From: Octopus sinensis
Lineage: Eukaryota
DNA length: 64,000 bases
Assembly (NCBI RefSeq): GCF_006345805.1
Contig: NC_042998.1
Coordinates: 184,140,001-184,204,000, forward strand
Direction: 5' to 3'
Every line of letters begins with the position of its first letter. Positions within the stretch are counted from its first letter, which is position 1. This document shows positions 62,881 through 64,000 of this stretch, in pieces. The notes beneath the pieces are model-generated. The model searched no databases, was not told the origin of the DNA, and saw nothing but the letters and a program-made list of their open reading frames with translations. The position numbers and the translations under genes were made by a program.

Positions 62881-63187
62881 TTATATTAAGAAAAACTTTG
62901 AGCAAACATTTTACTGTCAAAGTTAATTAAGGAAGATTTTCTCTACAACAAGAGACCTGTTCTTGTCTTTCTCTCATAATTTAACTTTTCATCACCTGGC
63001 ATAAGACCACTTCAATACTACAATCCTGCTCGAAGGGTCCTGTCTTGCTTGATGATCTACTTGTGCTGGGCATGTATAAAGCACCCAGTGCAAAACAGAC
63101 ATTGGACCCTAGTGCAATCCTCTGATTCATTGGCTCCTGTTCAAGCACACAACTCATGATGCATGGAAAACGGACGTAAAGTGGTAA

Positions 63188-63400
63188 AGATGATGATGAC
63201 AATGATGGCAATGATGATGATGATAATGATGATAATGATGATATCGATGATGATGGTGATGATGACAACGACCATGACGATGGTAATGATGACAACAACA
63301 GAAATGATGAGGATGATGATGATGATGGTGGTGGTGATGATGGTGATGATAATGATGATGATGATGGTGACGACGATTACAATGATGATGATGATGAATA
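63188..63400. repeat. (GAT)n low-complexity tract
   Basis: Direct inspection. Confidence 0.9.
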
Positions 63401-64000
63401 TCACAACTCCTCCTTTACATTTCATTATGCTTCGCATGCCTGTGTAAGAGATCATTAAAATAAGAATGAGATGAATTCTCCATAGATTGGACAGTGTCTG
63501 GTGTATAGATGTTGTGAAAGTAATTGGTAATGTGTACATTAAGCGCCACTTGCTTGATCACAGCTGATACAGTAACAACAACAACAACATCCTGATTGCT
63601 TTGTACCGTATTCTTGTAGCATCAGGTGTTACCAACAATAAATGTAAAGCGGATCGAAATGTTTGAAATACTAATCTTGTTTTCCTTTTTGTATAACTGA
63701 TGCCAAGAGGAGGTGCATTTCACAGCTTTAGGTGTCGGAGACACGTGTGTTGAGCTGAATTTATTTAGTGGAGGGGAAAGAAAAAAAATGCTTTATAAGC
63801 GAAGTTGTCATCTGGATATTTGTGCTGAGCACAACTAGAATGTCACTGTGAACAACCCCCCACCCTGCTGATAGCATCATCAACACCACCGCCGCCGCCA
63901 CCACCATCTCCTCCATCTCCCCCCACCACTGCCACTGCTGCTGCTACCTCACCCCCCACCATCTCCACTGCCACTGCTGCTGCTACCTCACCCCCCACCA

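Noticed and set aside
63905-64000. ~40-bp direct duplication at the window end
   Set aside because: It lies within a CCA/CTG low-complexity tract and is best explained by local slippage; it is also cut off by the window edge.

Overview
This is AT-rich, microsatellite-dense eukaryotic genomic DNA. The repeat families look like those of Octopus, but that is recognition from memory, not a database result. There is no complete host gene; the window looks intronic or intergenic, with one good candidate coding exon at 47175-47307. Most ORFs in the supplied track are microsatellite read-throughs. The recognisable content is mobile DNA: (1) an apparently full-length 6.07-kb L1/Tx1-group non-LTR retrotransposon (7917-13984) sitting between two (TATC)n arrays; (2) fragments of three RTE families, one with a PHD finger inside ORF2 and a minisatellite-bearing 3' UTR seen at about ten sites; (3) two CR1-like 3' ends; (4) two R4/Dong-like RLE-type fragments; (5) two maT/DD37D transposon relics; (6) a non-autonomous Helitron; (7) hAT-, pogo- and piggyBac-like MITEs; (8) at least three tRNA-headed SINE families. 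Best leads: the Tx1-like element may target (TATC)n and shares its 3' ~50 nt with one SINE subfamily that also forms head-to-tail arrays (a possible LINE/SINE pair); a minimal type I hammerhead ribozyme at 31990-32026 (minus) next to a 94-nt hairpin; a decayed 18S rRNA fragment at 62740-62880; and an unclassified ~558-bp tandem element inside (TA)n. Many single-base homopolymer indels suggest unpolished long-read sequence, so frameshifts here should not be taken as proof of inactivity.
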